Assembly: GCA_963666835.2 (NCBI GenBank)
Contig: CAXXGO010000005.1
Span: forward strand, 64,001 to 128,000
Origin: Phycisphaerae bacterium
GTDB lineage: Bacteria; Planctomycetota; Phycisphaerae; UBA1845
Direction: 5' to 3'
Length of the DNA stretch: 64,000 nucleotides
Shown one piece after another: positions 1 through 9,710 of this stretch (positions are counted from its first letter, which is position 1; each line of letters opens with the position of its first letter). Both the position numbers and the translations under genes were made by a program. The notes under the pieces are model-generated. The model worked only from the letters and a program-made list of their open reading frames with translations, searched no databases and had not been told where the DNA came from.

Positions 1-1464
1 ATCGTCGCACCCGGTTATTCCGTCGCCATCCGGGTCCCCGGCGCAGGTCAGTCCGTCACCCAGGAACTCGCCAGACACCAACGCGCACTCCGCACCCGTA
101 CGCTCATCAATGCAGACTCCGCTATCAAAGCAGCACGGTCCGAACGGTACTACGCATCCGTCGGGAGTGACGATCAACCCCGGGGGCGTGCCCAGGCATG
201 AGTCGCAGTCATCAATCACGCCGTCCTCGTCTTCATCCGGCTCGCACTCATCGGGTATCGCATCCGAATTGCAGTCGTCGCTTATGCCGTCAGTAAGATC
301 GCACTCGTCCGGATAGTCGTTGTGGTTGCAGTCAGCCTCGCAATCATCGGGTATTTGATTCTCGTTGCAGTCCGGCGCCGCCATGTCGAGGGGCGGCACC
401 TGGCACTCATCCGGAATGCCGTCGGGCTGGCAATCCTGGCTGGTGTCTGCCGCGATATCCTGATCGTCAGGGATGTCGTTGTTGTTGCAGTCCCGCACCA
501 TTAACTCGGCGGTAGCGACACGGAACCCGACGCCGTCGTACTCGTTCGCCGGGTCGATGTAGTTGCGGTTGGCCGCGCGAAGGGCGAAGCCACCGTTGGC
601 GAACGATCCGCCGCGCAGACCACGATAAGAACCGGAGATCATCGCTTCGTTCCACTCCCACACGTTCCCGCCCTGGTCGAACGTGCCGTGCGGGCTGTCC
701 GACGGTCTGGCGTCGTACGCACCAACTTCGGTGCGGTAGTACGGACTGCCAATGGCATAGCAGCTTCCGAGGTAGTTGGCCGAACCGCTCAGCGGGTCTG
801 TACCTGGTGGAGCTTGGCTGGTTGGCACCGAATCCGATGCCGTTGGATAATCCCAGTAGTTCCCCGTCACACCGTCGTTTCTGTAATACGCAGCCTTGTA
901 CCATTCATCCTCCGACGGGATCACCCACGTGGCGTCCGGCTCGCGGTCGACGCTGAGCAGCGCGGCATTACTAGTCGCACCGTTAAGGGAGTACGAACCA
1001 TCCTCCGTCGTGCTCAGATCCTGCGCACCCTCAGGTTGGCCGTTATGCAGCCAGTTGCAGAAGCGGGCTGCGTCACCCCATGAAACGTAGTTCACCGGGC
1101 GGTTTTCCCAACTTGCCTGCGATCCGCTCGGGCGGCCACTGAAGTCGTATACGTAGTTCCCTGGCGTTCCGTTACGCGTGATCTGGCAGCCGTCGGCACT
1201 GCTGTCCATGATCGGGTTGTACAGCCCGTAAGCGTCCTCCCTCGCCACTGAATTCAGGAATCCGCAGTACTGCCCGGCAGTGATCTCGAACTTGCTGATC
1301 GTGTACACGTAGTCGACGCCGCCGTACCCGTCACCTTCGTTGTCGTCGGCATTCCCTGGATTCCCAACCGGCACGGTCTCGATGACGACTTCAGCCCAAA
1401 CCGAAGACACGCAGACCGCACCCAGCAACAACGGCAACACGACACCGAAACGCAACATCGCCAT
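1..1464 (-). CDS. Secreted formylglycine-generating-enzyme (SUMF1/FGE-sulfatase) domain protein with Cys/Asp-rich TSP3-like repeats; runs off left edge
   Basis: Absent from the ORF track because it has no stop in the window. Manual translation from ATG 1464 (GGAGA RBS): MAMLRFGVVLPLLLGAVCVSSVWAEVVIETVPVGNPGN...RPVNYVSWGDAARFCNW...EWYKAAY...DQGGNVWEW...RGGSF, then DCNxNxIPDxC repeats. Confidence 0.85.
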   Translation of the reverse strand, partial: MAMLRFGVVLPLLLGAVCVSSVWAEVVIETVPVGNPGNADDNEGDGYGGVDYVYTISKFEITAGQYCGFLNSVAREDAYGLYNPIMDSSADGCQITRNGTPGNYVYDFSGRPSGSQASWENRPVNYVSWGDAARFCNWLHNGQPEGAQDLSTTEDGSYSLNGATSNAALLSVDREPDATWVIPSEDEWYKAAYYRNDGVTGNYWDYPTASDSVPTSQAPPGTDPLSGSANYLGSCYAIGSPYYRTEVGAYDARPSDSPHGTFDQGGNVWEWNEAMISGSYRGLRGGSFANGGFALRAANRNYIDPANEYDGVGFRVATAELMVRDCNNNDIPDDQDIAADTSQDCQPDGIPDECQVPPLDMAAPDCNENQIPDDCEADCNHNDYPDECDLTDGISDDCNSDAIPDECEPDEDEDGVIDDCDSCLGTPPGLIVTPDGCVVPFGPCCFDSGVCIDERTGAECALVSGEFLGDGLTCAGDPDGDGITGCDD

Positions 1465-1590
1465 TTCTCCGGAGAATGAGGTCCGCGCGGCCGCCAGGGC
1501 GGAAGAACCTCGACGACGGCCACGCGATCGATAAAAAGTCATGATACCGGACGCGTCCCGTGAAAGCAACTGAGATCAAGTGCTACTGGA

Positions 1591-2688
1591 TTGGGCTGGC
1601 TGGGGGGCCCAGGAGGCCGGTGCGCCTCTGGTCGTCTCCGCGCTTTTTGCGTAACCCCCAGGGCGTCGTGGCGTTGCCCGGACCAAGCAACGACCACGTT
1701 GTCATCGTGCATGAAGAGCGGCTGCGCGTACAATCCCAGGTCCACGCATGTGCGGCGTGCTTGGAGGGCGGCGGAGGACTCGAAGGTCTGCAACTGCTCG
1801 TTGGTGACGGACGTGGAGAACGCTGGAACAAAGGCGGGCGTTGGGTTGCACATTGACACGCAAAGTTGGACGAAGCTGGCTGATGAATTCCGAACGCACA
1901 CGCCGCCGGACGCCCCAGGTGTGTTACCGTTGGGGCTGCGGGAGCGAGTATTCGGTCTGATGGCTAGGGCGGGGCTCGACTTCCACCACTTGCTCAAGTC
2001 TACTGACGTTCTACCGGAACGTAATGACGCCTGGGGCATCCTCGATCAGAAACCCATCGGAAAGTGGCTGGCGCCTTCTGAATTTGGGCGGACAGAGTGG
2101 TACGAGCGTTCTTTCTGGGAAGAGTATTGGGTCCTTGCGACGCAATGGTTGCATGAGGTGCCGGGAAGCGGCGTAGTCCTATCGCCAAGGAAACTGTGGG
2201 ATCTTGTGGCCATCCCCGACGGCTGGGGCGAGCCCGAGTATGCGGAGCGATATGCGGGGCATTGGTGTACTGGGTCCCGGCTGAATGAGCTTGAGGACAG
2301 CCAGTCTTTCAACGGGCTCTGCTACTCATGCATCTCAGCGATCGAGTGTCTGGATCGACTAATAGAGAAGTGGAACGAAAGCCTGCTGTGGCGGATGGAT
2401 TTCTCTGATTGCGACCAACGGAAACCGACGTACGACCGAGAGGCACGAACACTGAGATTGGCCAACTCGGTTGTCAAGCAGTTCAGGCAACCGGCCAAGA
2501 ACCAAGAATTGGTTCTCAAGACATTTGAAGAACTAGACTGGCCCGAGAGGATCGATGACCCTCTACCGCCGAAACAGGGGCTTCTCGGGCAGACCGTCAA
2601 GGACCTCAACCGCAACTTGAGGGAATCGTTGCTTCGGTTCAAACTCGACGGCAGAAGTGAGGGTATCACGTGGGAGCGGAGGACGTAG
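1591..2688 (+). CDS. Hypothetical protein with C-terminal OmpR/PhoB-like winged-helix domain (start uncertain; ATG at 1711 or 1960 possible)
   Basis: C-terminal ~88 aa KPTYDREARTLRL...PAKNQELVLKTFEELDWPERIDDPL...LGQTVKDLNRNL...LRFKLDGRSEGITWE aligns by eye with the next gene. Confidence 0.6.
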   Translation: MGWLGGPGGRCASGRLRAFCVTPRASWRCPDQATTTLSSCMKSGCAYNPRSTHVRRAWRAAEDSKVCNCSLVTDVENAGTKAGVGLHIDTQSWTKLADEFRTHTPPDAPGVLPLGLRERVFGLMARAGLDFHHLLKSTDVLPERNDAWGILDQKPIGKWLAPSEFGRTEWYERSFWEEYWVLATQWLHEVPGSGVVLSPRKLWDLVAIPDGWGEPEYAERYAGHWCTGSRLNELEDSQSFNGLCYSCISAIECLDRLIEKWNESLLWRMDFSDCDQRKPTYDREARTLRLANSVVKQFRQPAKNQELVLKTFEELDWPERIDDPLPPKQGLLGQTVKDLNRNLRESLLRFKLDGRSEGITWERRT

Positions 2689-2791
2689 CCGCCCGAGGAC
2701 CGCCATGCTAGTAATGCCAACGCCTGCGTAGACGGTCGCGAGTTCCTACATGGACGGCGCAGGTACGCAATCGGAAAGGCGCGTCGATTAG

Positions 2792-3562
2792 ATGAAAGGG
2801 TTGGTGGCGATGTTGGCGAGTTCCTATTATCTCCTATTCGGCAGTCATCTTGGCTCAGGGGTTGCACTCTTCAATTGCGTGGATGTCGTTGACGAGAAGG
2901 ACCTCGACCTTCTCTTTGAAATGCTCTACAAGGAGTGTGCCGATCGTAACCTGTTTCTCCGACATCTGTGTGAAGATCAACTTGATACAGCGGACAAACT
3001 CGTTTGGCGGCGGCGTTGGGCTGAGTGCGTTCATGTCATCCAGGGCGGTAGCAGCGTTGGATCCGATCTCATCCGTGGCGATTACTGCCGATCCGGTGAC
3101 GTCCGCGAATTGCATCAGCTTTCCAACAGCTGCATCGAACAGATCAAGGCAACGCATGCGCGGTTGACGCCCGAGTATGCCGCTCTGGCTGACGAACTTG
3201 CCGATCTGCGCGGCAAGGGCGCGTCGCAAGAGGAGCTTGCCCGTCACATGGAGTTGTGGGCAGCTGCCCATCCCGAGGAGCACAAGGGTGGAACGTCTGC
3301 CAAACCTGCCTTCGACCCTGTATCGCGGCAGTTGAGTTACAGGGGTGAGATCCTGAGGCTGTTCAAACGACCGGCTGAGAATCAGGAACGCATCGTAAAG
3401 GCATTCCACGAAGACCGGTGGCCCACCAGGATTGATGACCCTCTGCAGAAGGGCAAGCTGAATCAGACCATTCGCGACTTGAACCGATCCCTGAAACAAC
3501 CGAGCATAAGATTCCGTGCGGACGGCAGAGGGGAGGGGGTTATATGGGAACGTGCCGATTAG
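2792..3562 (+). CDS. Hypothetical protein with the same C-terminal winged-helix-like domain
   Basis: KPAFDPVSRQLSY...PAENQERIVKAFHEDRWPTRIDDPL...LNQTIRDLNRSL...IRFRADGRGEGVIWE. Confidence 0.65.
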   Translation: MKGLVAMLASSYYLLFGSHLGSGVALFNCVDVVDEKDLDLLFEMLYKECADRNLFLRHLCEDQLDTADKLVWRRRWAECVHVIQGGSSVGSDLIRGDYCRSGDVRELHQLSNSCIEQIKATHARLTPEYAALADELADLRGKGASQEELARHMELWAAAHPEEHKGGTSAKPAFDPVSRQLSYRGEILRLFKRPAENQERIVKAFHEDRWPTRIDDPLQKGKLNQTIRDLNRSLKQPSIRFRADGRGEGVIWERAD

Positions 3563-3634
3563 CTCCACCGAAGCTCCCGTAAACCCGCCACTTCTTCGTT
3601 CGTAGCTCCCGTGTAGTTCCCGTGGTGCTCACGC
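3559..3634 (+). repeat. 11-bp phased direct repeats (consensus GTAGCTCCCGT), putative operator
   Basis: ttagctccacc 3559, gaagctcccgt 3570, gtagctcccgt 3602, gtagttcccgt 3613, ggtgctcacgc 3624, directly upstream of the alpA RBS. Confidence 0.6.
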
Positions 3635-3657
3635 GCGTCGTGTTGCACACTGGAGGT

Positions 3658-3900
3658 ATGGAACAAGCACGGACTTCTGTGGAACGGGAGCAGCTTGAGC
3701 AATCCGCCAGATACAGCGCCTCCCCCGCAGGAACATCGCATACGCAATCCTGGAGGTATCGCTCCACCGGAGGACCGCTCCTACCCGTTCGACTCGGCGT
3801 CCGAGCCCCGTCTTGGCGAGTGGGCGAGCTGCGCGCCTGGCTGGAAGCGGGATGCCCTGAACGGCGGACATGGTTGCGGATGAAGGGGGTAGCGCAATGA
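3658..3900 (+). CDS. AlpA-family / excisionase-like DNA-binding protein
   Basis: GGAGGT RBS before ATG 3658; motif PVRLGVRAPSWRVGELRAWLEAGCPER; ATGA overlap with the primase gene. Confidence 0.7.
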   Translation: MEQARTSVEREQLEQSARYSASPAGTSHTQSWRYRSTGGPLLPVRLGVRAPSWRVGELRAWLEAGCPERRTWLRMKGVAQ

Positions 3901-4754
3901 GCACACACCCCGACTGGAACCGCGTTTCTCGCGGTCAACTCTGCCCAATCTGCCAGAAACCCGACTGGTGTTCCGTGGCTGTTGACGGTTCGGCTGCGCT
4001 GTGTCAGCGGGTCGAGTCGGAGAAACGAGTCGGCGACGCCGGGTGGCTGCACCGCCTAAGCGACAATCAACACCGGCCAGCGCAAGCGAGGAGAGTCATG
4101 TTGGAGGACGAACATCGCTCGGACTTCGGGGGATTGGCGGACGACTACAAATCGAAAGTTGACCTTGTGAGGCTGGAGGAACTTGCATCCTCGCTCGGTC
4201 TTGAGGTCGGCAGCTTGAACCGGCTCGACGTCGGCTGGGACGGCGAGGCCTGGACCTTTCCGATGAGGAACGCCGGCGCCGACGTAGTCGGCATCAGACG
4301 ACGCCTTCCCGACGGGCGGAAGCTGTCTGTGAAAGGTGGGCATGAAGGACTCTTCATTCCCGTACACCTTCCCGAATCCGGGGACTTGATCATCGCGGAA
4401 GGGCCGACGGACGCCGCAGCACTCCTGGACATGGGGTTTGACAGCGTTGTAGGTCGCCCGAGCTGCTGCGGGGGCACGAGGTATCTCATCGACCTTGTCA
4501 AACTCCGCGGGTCTCAAGAGGTCGTTGTTGTTGCGGACCGGGACGGACCGGGCAGGCGCGGAGCCGATTCGCTGGCATCGGTGTTGATCGCGTACGTGAG
4601 GAGGGTTCGCGTCATTGAACCACCGGCAGGCGTCAATGATGTACGGGCTTGGCTGACGTCGGGCGGAACACGGCAGGATGTTGAACATGCGGTCAAAGCC
4701 GCGCCCGTCCGGGAGATTCACGTTGAGACAAGGATGGTATCGGTCTATGGATAA
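3897..4754 (+). CDS. Zn-finger + Toprim DNA primase-like protein
   Basis: CPICQKPDWC zinc finger; Toprim motifs IIAEGPTDAAA and VVADRDGPG, followed by VNDVRAW. Confidence 0.85.
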   Translation: MSTHPDWNRVSRGQLCPICQKPDWCSVAVDGSAALCQRVESEKRVGDAGWLHRLSDNQHRPAQARRVMLEDEHRSDFGGLADDYKSKVDLVRLEELASSLGLEVGSLNRLDVGWDGEAWTFPMRNAGADVVGIRRRLPDGRKLSVKGGHEGLFIPVHLPESGDLIIAEGPTDAAALLDMGFDSVVGRPSCCGGTRYLIDLVKLRGSQEVVVVADRDGPGRRGADSLASVLIAYVRRVRVIEPPAGVNDVRAWLTSGGTRQDVEHAVKAAPVREIHVETRMVSVYG

Positions 4755-6306
4755 GCGAACGGATTCGGTGGCGCTGGATTGGGAGAACACTGGCGATGTC
4801 AAAGCCAAGATCACAGCGCGCATAGGTGGTGACCCCGTACATGCTGACAAGTTTGACCCTGCCAGCGCATCGCGACGCGGGCAGTTTATTGGGGTTCTGT
4901 GCAAGAAGTTCCCTGGTATTGACCCTGAAGAGGTCGACAAGGAGCTAATGAAGATCGGCGACGAGATGGCTGTAGGACCCGCGCCCCCGGGCGACACCGG
5001 CGTTCAGGACCTTCTGAGCGATATGCCTGAGTCTGCTAGGAAGGAAGCTCTGGCAATGTTGCGGGATCCCCAGCTTATCCAGCGCATCGTGGATGATATC
5101 GCCACGCTCGGCGTCGCCGGGGAAGGCAAACTCGCCGCAATGGTCTACTTGATTGGGACATCGAGGTTGCTCAACAGACCCCTGGCTGGCATTGTCCAGG
5201 GGCTCACATCATCGGGGAAGAGCTACGTTGTGGACGTTGTTGCCCGCCTATTCCCGGAGGAAACGATCGTTCGCGCACACAGGATAACTCCGCAAGCGCT
5301 TGTGCACATGCCGGAGGGAGAGTTGGTGCATCGCTTCGTTGTGGGTGGTGAACGTAGCCGTCGACAGGACGATTCCACTGCCGAGGCAACGCAAGCTCTA
5401 CGAGAGATGCTCTCTGACGGGTGTCTCACGAAGCTGATGCCGGTCAAGAGCGGCAATACCATCGAAACGGTGAAGATCTATCAACCAGGTCCGATCTCCT
5501 ATGTCGAGTCGACTACGCTGCAGGAGATCCTGGACGAGGATCGCAATCGGTGCATCGTGCTGAATACAGATGAGCGGCCCGAGCAAACGCGTCGAATCAT
5601 CGAGGCAATGTCGGCCCGCAAGGCTACGATAGAAGATGTTGGGTGTGATGATGTAACCCACAAGCACCATGCCGCACAGCGGATGTTGCACCAGTGCCGC
5701 GTCGTCATCCCGTTCGCGGAACACTTGGGCGATCTGTTTCCCTGTACGCGAACCGACGCGCGCCGATCGTTTGGGCACCTTCTGTCCGTGATTGAGGCCA
5801 TTACGCTCCTGTATCAGTACCAGCGTGTTTCTGATCCCGGCGAGGGTGTCACCATAGAGGCCACACGTGCAGATTACGAGGTCGCTCGGTACCTGGTCGC
5901 CGAGGCATTCGCTCGAACACAGTCGGGCGGCGTGAGCGACGCGGTACGTCGGTTCCACGGTCGCCTACTTAGTTGGGCGAACGGACGCACGTTTACTACG
6001 GCGGACATAGGTTCCCACGAGGAGGTAATCAACGACCTCCAGACAATCCGAAGTTATGTCCGGGTGTTGGCCAATGCTGGCTTCCTTGAGCTCGTCGACC
6101 CCAACCGAGGGAGCAAACCCGCCACATACAAGCTCGCCGCGGATCCGCCTGGCAACGCTGAGTTGGCTGGGCTGCCCGAAGTAGATGCGGTTTTCGATAG
6201 AATGGATAATGCCCCACGTCACCGCGTCGACGCACAAACCACTACGACAGTAGGGTTTTCGACGCGGGAAGGTGTTTTCCTCGTCGATTCCGCGTCACCA
6301 ACGTAG
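4747..6306 (+). CDS. P-loop (AAA+/MCM-like) ATPase, putative replicative helicase, with C-terminal wHTH
   Basis: Walker A GLTSSGKS; ALREMLSDG; ESTT..ILDEDRNR; ATG 4747 overlaps the primase stop. Confidence 0.75.
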   Translation: MDKRTDSVALDWENTGDVKAKITARIGGDPVHADKFDPASASRRGQFIGVLCKKFPGIDPEEVDKELMKIGDEMAVGPAPPGDTGVQDLLSDMPESARKEALAMLRDPQLIQRIVDDIATLGVAGEGKLAAMVYLIGTSRLLNRPLAGIVQGLTSSGKSYVVDVVARLFPEETIVRAHRITPQALVHMPEGELVHRFVVGGERSRRQDDSTAEATQALREMLSDGCLTKLMPVKSGNTIETVKIYQPGPISYVESTTLQEILDEDRNRCIVLNTDERPEQTRRIIEAMSARKATIEDVGCDDVTHKHHAAQRMLHQCRVVIPFAEHLGDLFPCTRTDARRSFGHLLSVIEAITLLYQYQRVSDPGEGVTIEATRADYEVARYLVAEAFARTQSGGVSDAVRRFHGRLLSWANGRTFTTADIGSHEEVINDLQTIRSYVRVLANAGFLELVDPNRGSKPATYKLAADPPGNAELAGLPEVDAVFDRMDNAPRHRVDAQTTTTVGFSTREGVFLVDSASPT

Positions 6307-6405
6307 AGGGCACGGACGCGGCGACGCGGCGACGACGCGGTAAGGTGGTTCCCGCGTCGTAAGTCGCACAAATCAAGGGCAAAGACGTTCGACGCGGCGA
6401 CGCGG
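6222..6405. repeat. Cluster of nine GACGCGG/CCGCGTC heptamers, putative iteron origin of the element
   Basis: Copies at 6222(-), 6261, 6290(-), 6315, 6323, 6334, 6352(-), 6391, 6399. Confidence 0.6.
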
Positions 6406-6410
6406 GGAGA

Positions 6411-6677
6411 ATGTGGACCATGGAACTGGAGCTGGATCGAATCTTCGACGCTGACAGGCTCATGGGGGTCTTACGCTCTCGCCTCACATGGTCGGGGCAG
6501 CGCCATGCCTCTGCTCGCGCCATTATGCCTGACGACCTCCCCGGTGATTGGCGGGTCGAGTGGGAGGAGCGCGCGGCCATCCGAGAGTATGACGGCCTGC
6601 AGCATCGGGAGTACGCCGAGGCCGAAGCCCTGACCGAGATCCTGCAGCGGATGCGGGCTGCCGGGGAGGGCGTATGA
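6411..6677 (+). CDS. Small mobile-element protein (EERAAIxEYDG motif)
   Basis: WRVEWEERAAIREYDGLQHREYAEAEA; GGAGA RBS. Confidence 0.6.
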   Translation: MWTMELELDRIFDADRLMGVLRSRLTWSGQRHASARAIMPDDLPGDWRVEWEERAAIREYDGLQHREYAEAEALTEILQRMRAAGEGV

Positions 6678-7135
6678 GGAAGCGCCGCCTTGTCTACGAG
6701 TCCGTGATCTCCGCCGAAGAAGCCGGGGCCGTCGCTGGATTATCGGAGACCGAGATTCGGCGGATGATGCGATCCGGCCAGATCAAGGGGCGAACCGAGC
6801 AGCCTATGCGGATTTCGGTTGAGTCTCTGGCGGATCATCTTCAAGTGTCGGCAGAGTCAATTCGTCAAACGCTTGCCGAGCTGCGGGGTCTACCGGTGAG
6901 TAGTGCCGAGACGTCGTCAACGCGGAGCTGTGTCCCAGCATCCGTTGAACGGAAGTCAAAGGCATTACCCGTTGCGACCGACCGGACGCGATCTTCCGGA
7001 AGTCGGCCACCGTCAACTCGGTCCAGGGCGACCCGGCAGCCTGGCGAACGCGAGAGTACCACGTCCGCAACGTGTAACCCGGAAACAGAGGCATTGTTGG
7101 CAAAGTTTGATCGAGTAGCCGCTGGAGGGGAGTGA
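6674..7135 (+). CDS. Helix-turn-helix (excisionase-like) protein; 3' part antisense to the integrase
   Basis: ISAEEAGAVAGLSETEIRRMMRSGQIKG; ATGA coupling to the previous gene; GGAGG RBS. Confidence 0.5.
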   Translation: MRKRRLVYESVISAEEAGAVAGLSETEIRRMMRSGQIKGRTEQPMRISVESLADHLQVSAESIRQTLAELRGLPVSSAETSSTRSCVPASVERKSKALPVATDRTRSSGSRPPSTRSRATRQPGERESTTSATCNPETEALLAKFDRVAAGGE

Positions 7136-7913
7136 GTAACGCGCCGTGGATCGGCACCACGAGATTACCGGGATTGCTCCGACGGGTCTTCCGTCGTTGA
7201 GTGGTGATTGTCTGCTCTTCGAGGTTGAAGTGCTGTGCTTTTAGGCTGGCGATAACTCCCCGGTCAAGCCCGGTGGTCAACCCAATCATCGCGGCAACCT
7301 TCAGCCTCGTATCGTCGATGGCCTCGATAAGCCGGGCGATGTCCTTGTCAGATGGTAGGGCGGTTAGTTCCTTTGCCCCGGCAACCGGCTTCACCGTCAC
7401 GCCGTCCGTCGGTGACCCACTACAGTAACCCCGCTTTCCCGCCCAGTGAAAGAACCGGCGGAGGTAGCTGTAGTGCTTAGCCAGCGTCGATTCGCTAGTC
7501 TTGCGGACCTCATCCTTCCGTTTCCACGTGGACCGATCTCGGAGGTACTCTTCAATGTCGGTGGTGGTTACTCTGGCCACGGGACGATCCTGCCCGACCT
7601 GGGCAGTCAACAACCCGAGCATGTTGGCGTATTCGCTCTTGACGGAGTCGCTGAGTGTCCCGATTGACTGCAAGTACTCCCGGCTGGCCTCGCGCATGGT
7701 CACGGGCAGCAGGCCGTCGGCCGACTCCCGTTCGAACCGCTCGGTGAGGGCGCGCATGAACTGGGAAGCGGACTTCTTGAGAGTGAATCGCTTGGACCGA
7801 TGCCGACCGGATTCGTTCCATTCGACGTAGTACCCCGGCAGGACCCTGCCGCGGTCGACCCGCTTCCCGGTTCCGTTCGTCAGCCATGCTCGGCGTCCAC
7901 GACCCATGCCCAC
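6804..7913 (-). CDS. Tyrosine recombinase / phage integrase
   Basis: Arm-binding-like N-terminus (YYVEWNESGRHRSKRF), core-binding region, C-terminal ADFRK...LGHSSALTTSRHY; adjacent to the tRNA 3' end. Confidence 0.85.
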   Translation of the reverse strand: MGMGRGRRAWLTNGTGKRVDRGRVLPGYYVEWNESGRHRSKRFTLKKSASQFMRALTERFERESADGLLPVTMREASREYLQSIGTLSDSVKSEYANMLGLLTAQVGQDRPVARVTTTDIEEYLRDRSTWKRKDEVRKTSESTLAKHYSYLRRFFHWAGKRGYCSGSPTDGVTVKPVAGAKELTALPSDKDIARLIEAIDDTRLKVAAMIGLTTGLDRGVIASLKAQHFNLEEQTITTQRRKTRRSNPGNLVVPIHGALLTPLQRLLDQTLPTMPLFPGYTLRTWYSRVRQAAGSPWTELTVADFRKIASGRSQRVMPLTSVQRMLGHSSALTTSRHYSPVDPAARQAFDELTLPTLEDDPPETQPKSA

Positions 7914-8021
7914 AACATACCGTCAGCCAAAAACGCCGTCAATATCCAACACGTACACTACACGCAAGCATCCGAGGGACACCAACAGGCGCGTAAACTC
8001 TTATTTTTCAGTGGGTTAGAC

Positions 8022-8094
<73 letters not shown>

Positions 8095-8468
8095 TTTCAG
8101 GCCCGCGGTTTAGCGGGGCCTCTTCGGTGGACATGACCCGGCATGCTGCCACCGTTTGAGATCTTACCTTATGTCGGCGTTGAGGCAAGGGTCGGCTTAC
8201 AGGTCCGTTGCGGGGAACCACTCGCCGTCGCGGAGAACCGTGCGCTGTTGCGGGAAATCGTCCGCCACTACCGGGAACCGGGACGACGCTCAAAGTGCGG
8301 CCATGTCCCCGGATGGGGGCGGCACGTTGGCGGCCGGTATCCGGCTTTCGGAACATCACCGGCCATGCCCCCGGATAATGGGGCCACACGCTCCGGGACC
8401 GGCACCGCGGCACCGCACGTGCGTATACGTATCGACGCGAAACACCCTCGGGGGCGGCGTCAACGGCG

Positions 8469-9248
8469 CTACGTGGAAAGCCCGAAGAACTCGATCGTGT
8501 TGCGAGTCAACCGGGCCGCGAAGTCGGCAGGGGGTTCGCCCCGAAGGTCGGCCAGGAATCTGGCCGTGTGGACGATCAACGCCGGCTCGTTAGGCCGCCG
8601 CGAGCGGACCGGTTCCGGCGAAAGATACGGCGAATCGCTCTCGATCATGATCTGGTCCGCAGGATAAGCTCGGGCGATCTCCTGCAGCCACTGCGACTTC
8701 TTGAACGTCACCACTCCAGTGAACGAGATCCGCCAACCATGTTCAGCTACCCTCGCGGCCTCCTCTGCGGTGCCGGTGAAACAGTGGAAAACGACCGGCC
8801 GGTCGCGGAAACCATGGTCGCAGAGTAGCTCGATAGTGTCCGCCAACGCCTCCCGGCTGTGGATAATGAGGGGCTCGGGGCGTGGCTCGGCCAGCTCCAA
8901 TAACCTTGAGAAGACGCGGTGTTGGGCGGATCTATCGGCGAAATCGTAATGGTAGTCGAGTCCCATTTCGCCTAACCCGACGATGCGAGGGTGAGCCCAC
9001 AGCTCGGCCATTCCTGAGAGGGCATCGTCGTCGACCTTCTCGGCCTCGTGCGGATGGAACGCGGCGGCTGCGGAGAGCTGCTTAGGGTATAGCTCTGCCA
9101 AACCCACCGCGGCGCGGGCATCGGCCAGGTCGATCCCGATGGTGATTGCGTGGTCGACGCCGGCGTCTGTACAGTTTCGAAGGACCTCTTCGGTCCGGTC
9201 CTTCAGCCCCGGCATGGTCAGATGGGCGTGGGAGTCGATCAGGCTCAT
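8469..9248 (-). CDS. tatD: TatD family hydrolase
   Basis: IDSHAHL, GEMGLDYHY, IIHSREA, VFHCFTG, ESDSPYLSP. Confidence 0.95.
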   Translation of the reverse strand: MSLIDSHAHLTMPGLKDRTEEVLRNCTDAGVDHAITIGIDLADARAAVGLAELYPKQLSAAAAFHPHEAEKVDDDALSGMAELWAHPRIVGLGEMGLDYHYDFADRSAQHRVFSRLLELAEPRPEPLIIHSREALADTIELLCDHGFRDRPVVFHCFTGTAEEAARVAEHGWRISFTGVVTFKKSQWLQEIARAYPADQIMIESDSPYLSPEPVRSRRPNEPALIVHTARFLADLRGEPPADFAARLTRNTIEFFGLST

Positions 9249-9281
9249 TGTCGATACCCTGGCCGGCGAGCCGGCTTTGAT

Positions 9282-9710
9282 TCAGGTCCAACGCGGCTGG
9301 TGAACGTCCTCGAAATGCTCAATGACCGGCTCCGCTCCATCCGGCCATACCACGGTGACAAGATCGAATCTGCACGGAAGGTCCCCGCGGCAATGCTGTG
9401 TCAGAAAACACCGGGCAGCGCGCTCGACGCGCGACCACTTGGTATACCGGGCAGCTTCCTGGGGGTCGGCGGATCGATCGCTCGATCGGGTCTTGACCTC
9501 TACGAAGACAATGGTCCCATCCTGCGCGGCTACGAGATCCACCTCTCCAACCGGGCAGCGGTAGTTGCGGCGGACTATGCGATATCGACGGCTTTTCAGA
9601 TGCCGTTCGGCAAGACGCTCCCCGCGGGGTCCGAGGTCCCCATTGGGGTCAGACGGCCGCAGTCTCCAGCGCAGGCTGGGCAGCCTTCTTGTGATGAACG
9701 CGAAGTTCAC
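9282..9710 (-). CDS. yraN: YraN family nuclease-like protein (start uncertain, overlaps rplS)
   Basis: LGPRGERLA...RNYRCPVGEVDLVA...VFVEVKTR...RFDLV. Confidence 0.85.
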   Translation of the reverse strand: MNFAFITRRLPSLRWRLRPSDPNGDLGPRGERLAERHLKSRRYRIVRRNYRCPVGEVDLVAAQDGTIVFVEVKTRSSDRSADPQEAARYTKWSRVERAARCFLTQHCRGDLPCRFDLVTVVWPDGAEPVIEHFEDVHQPRWT

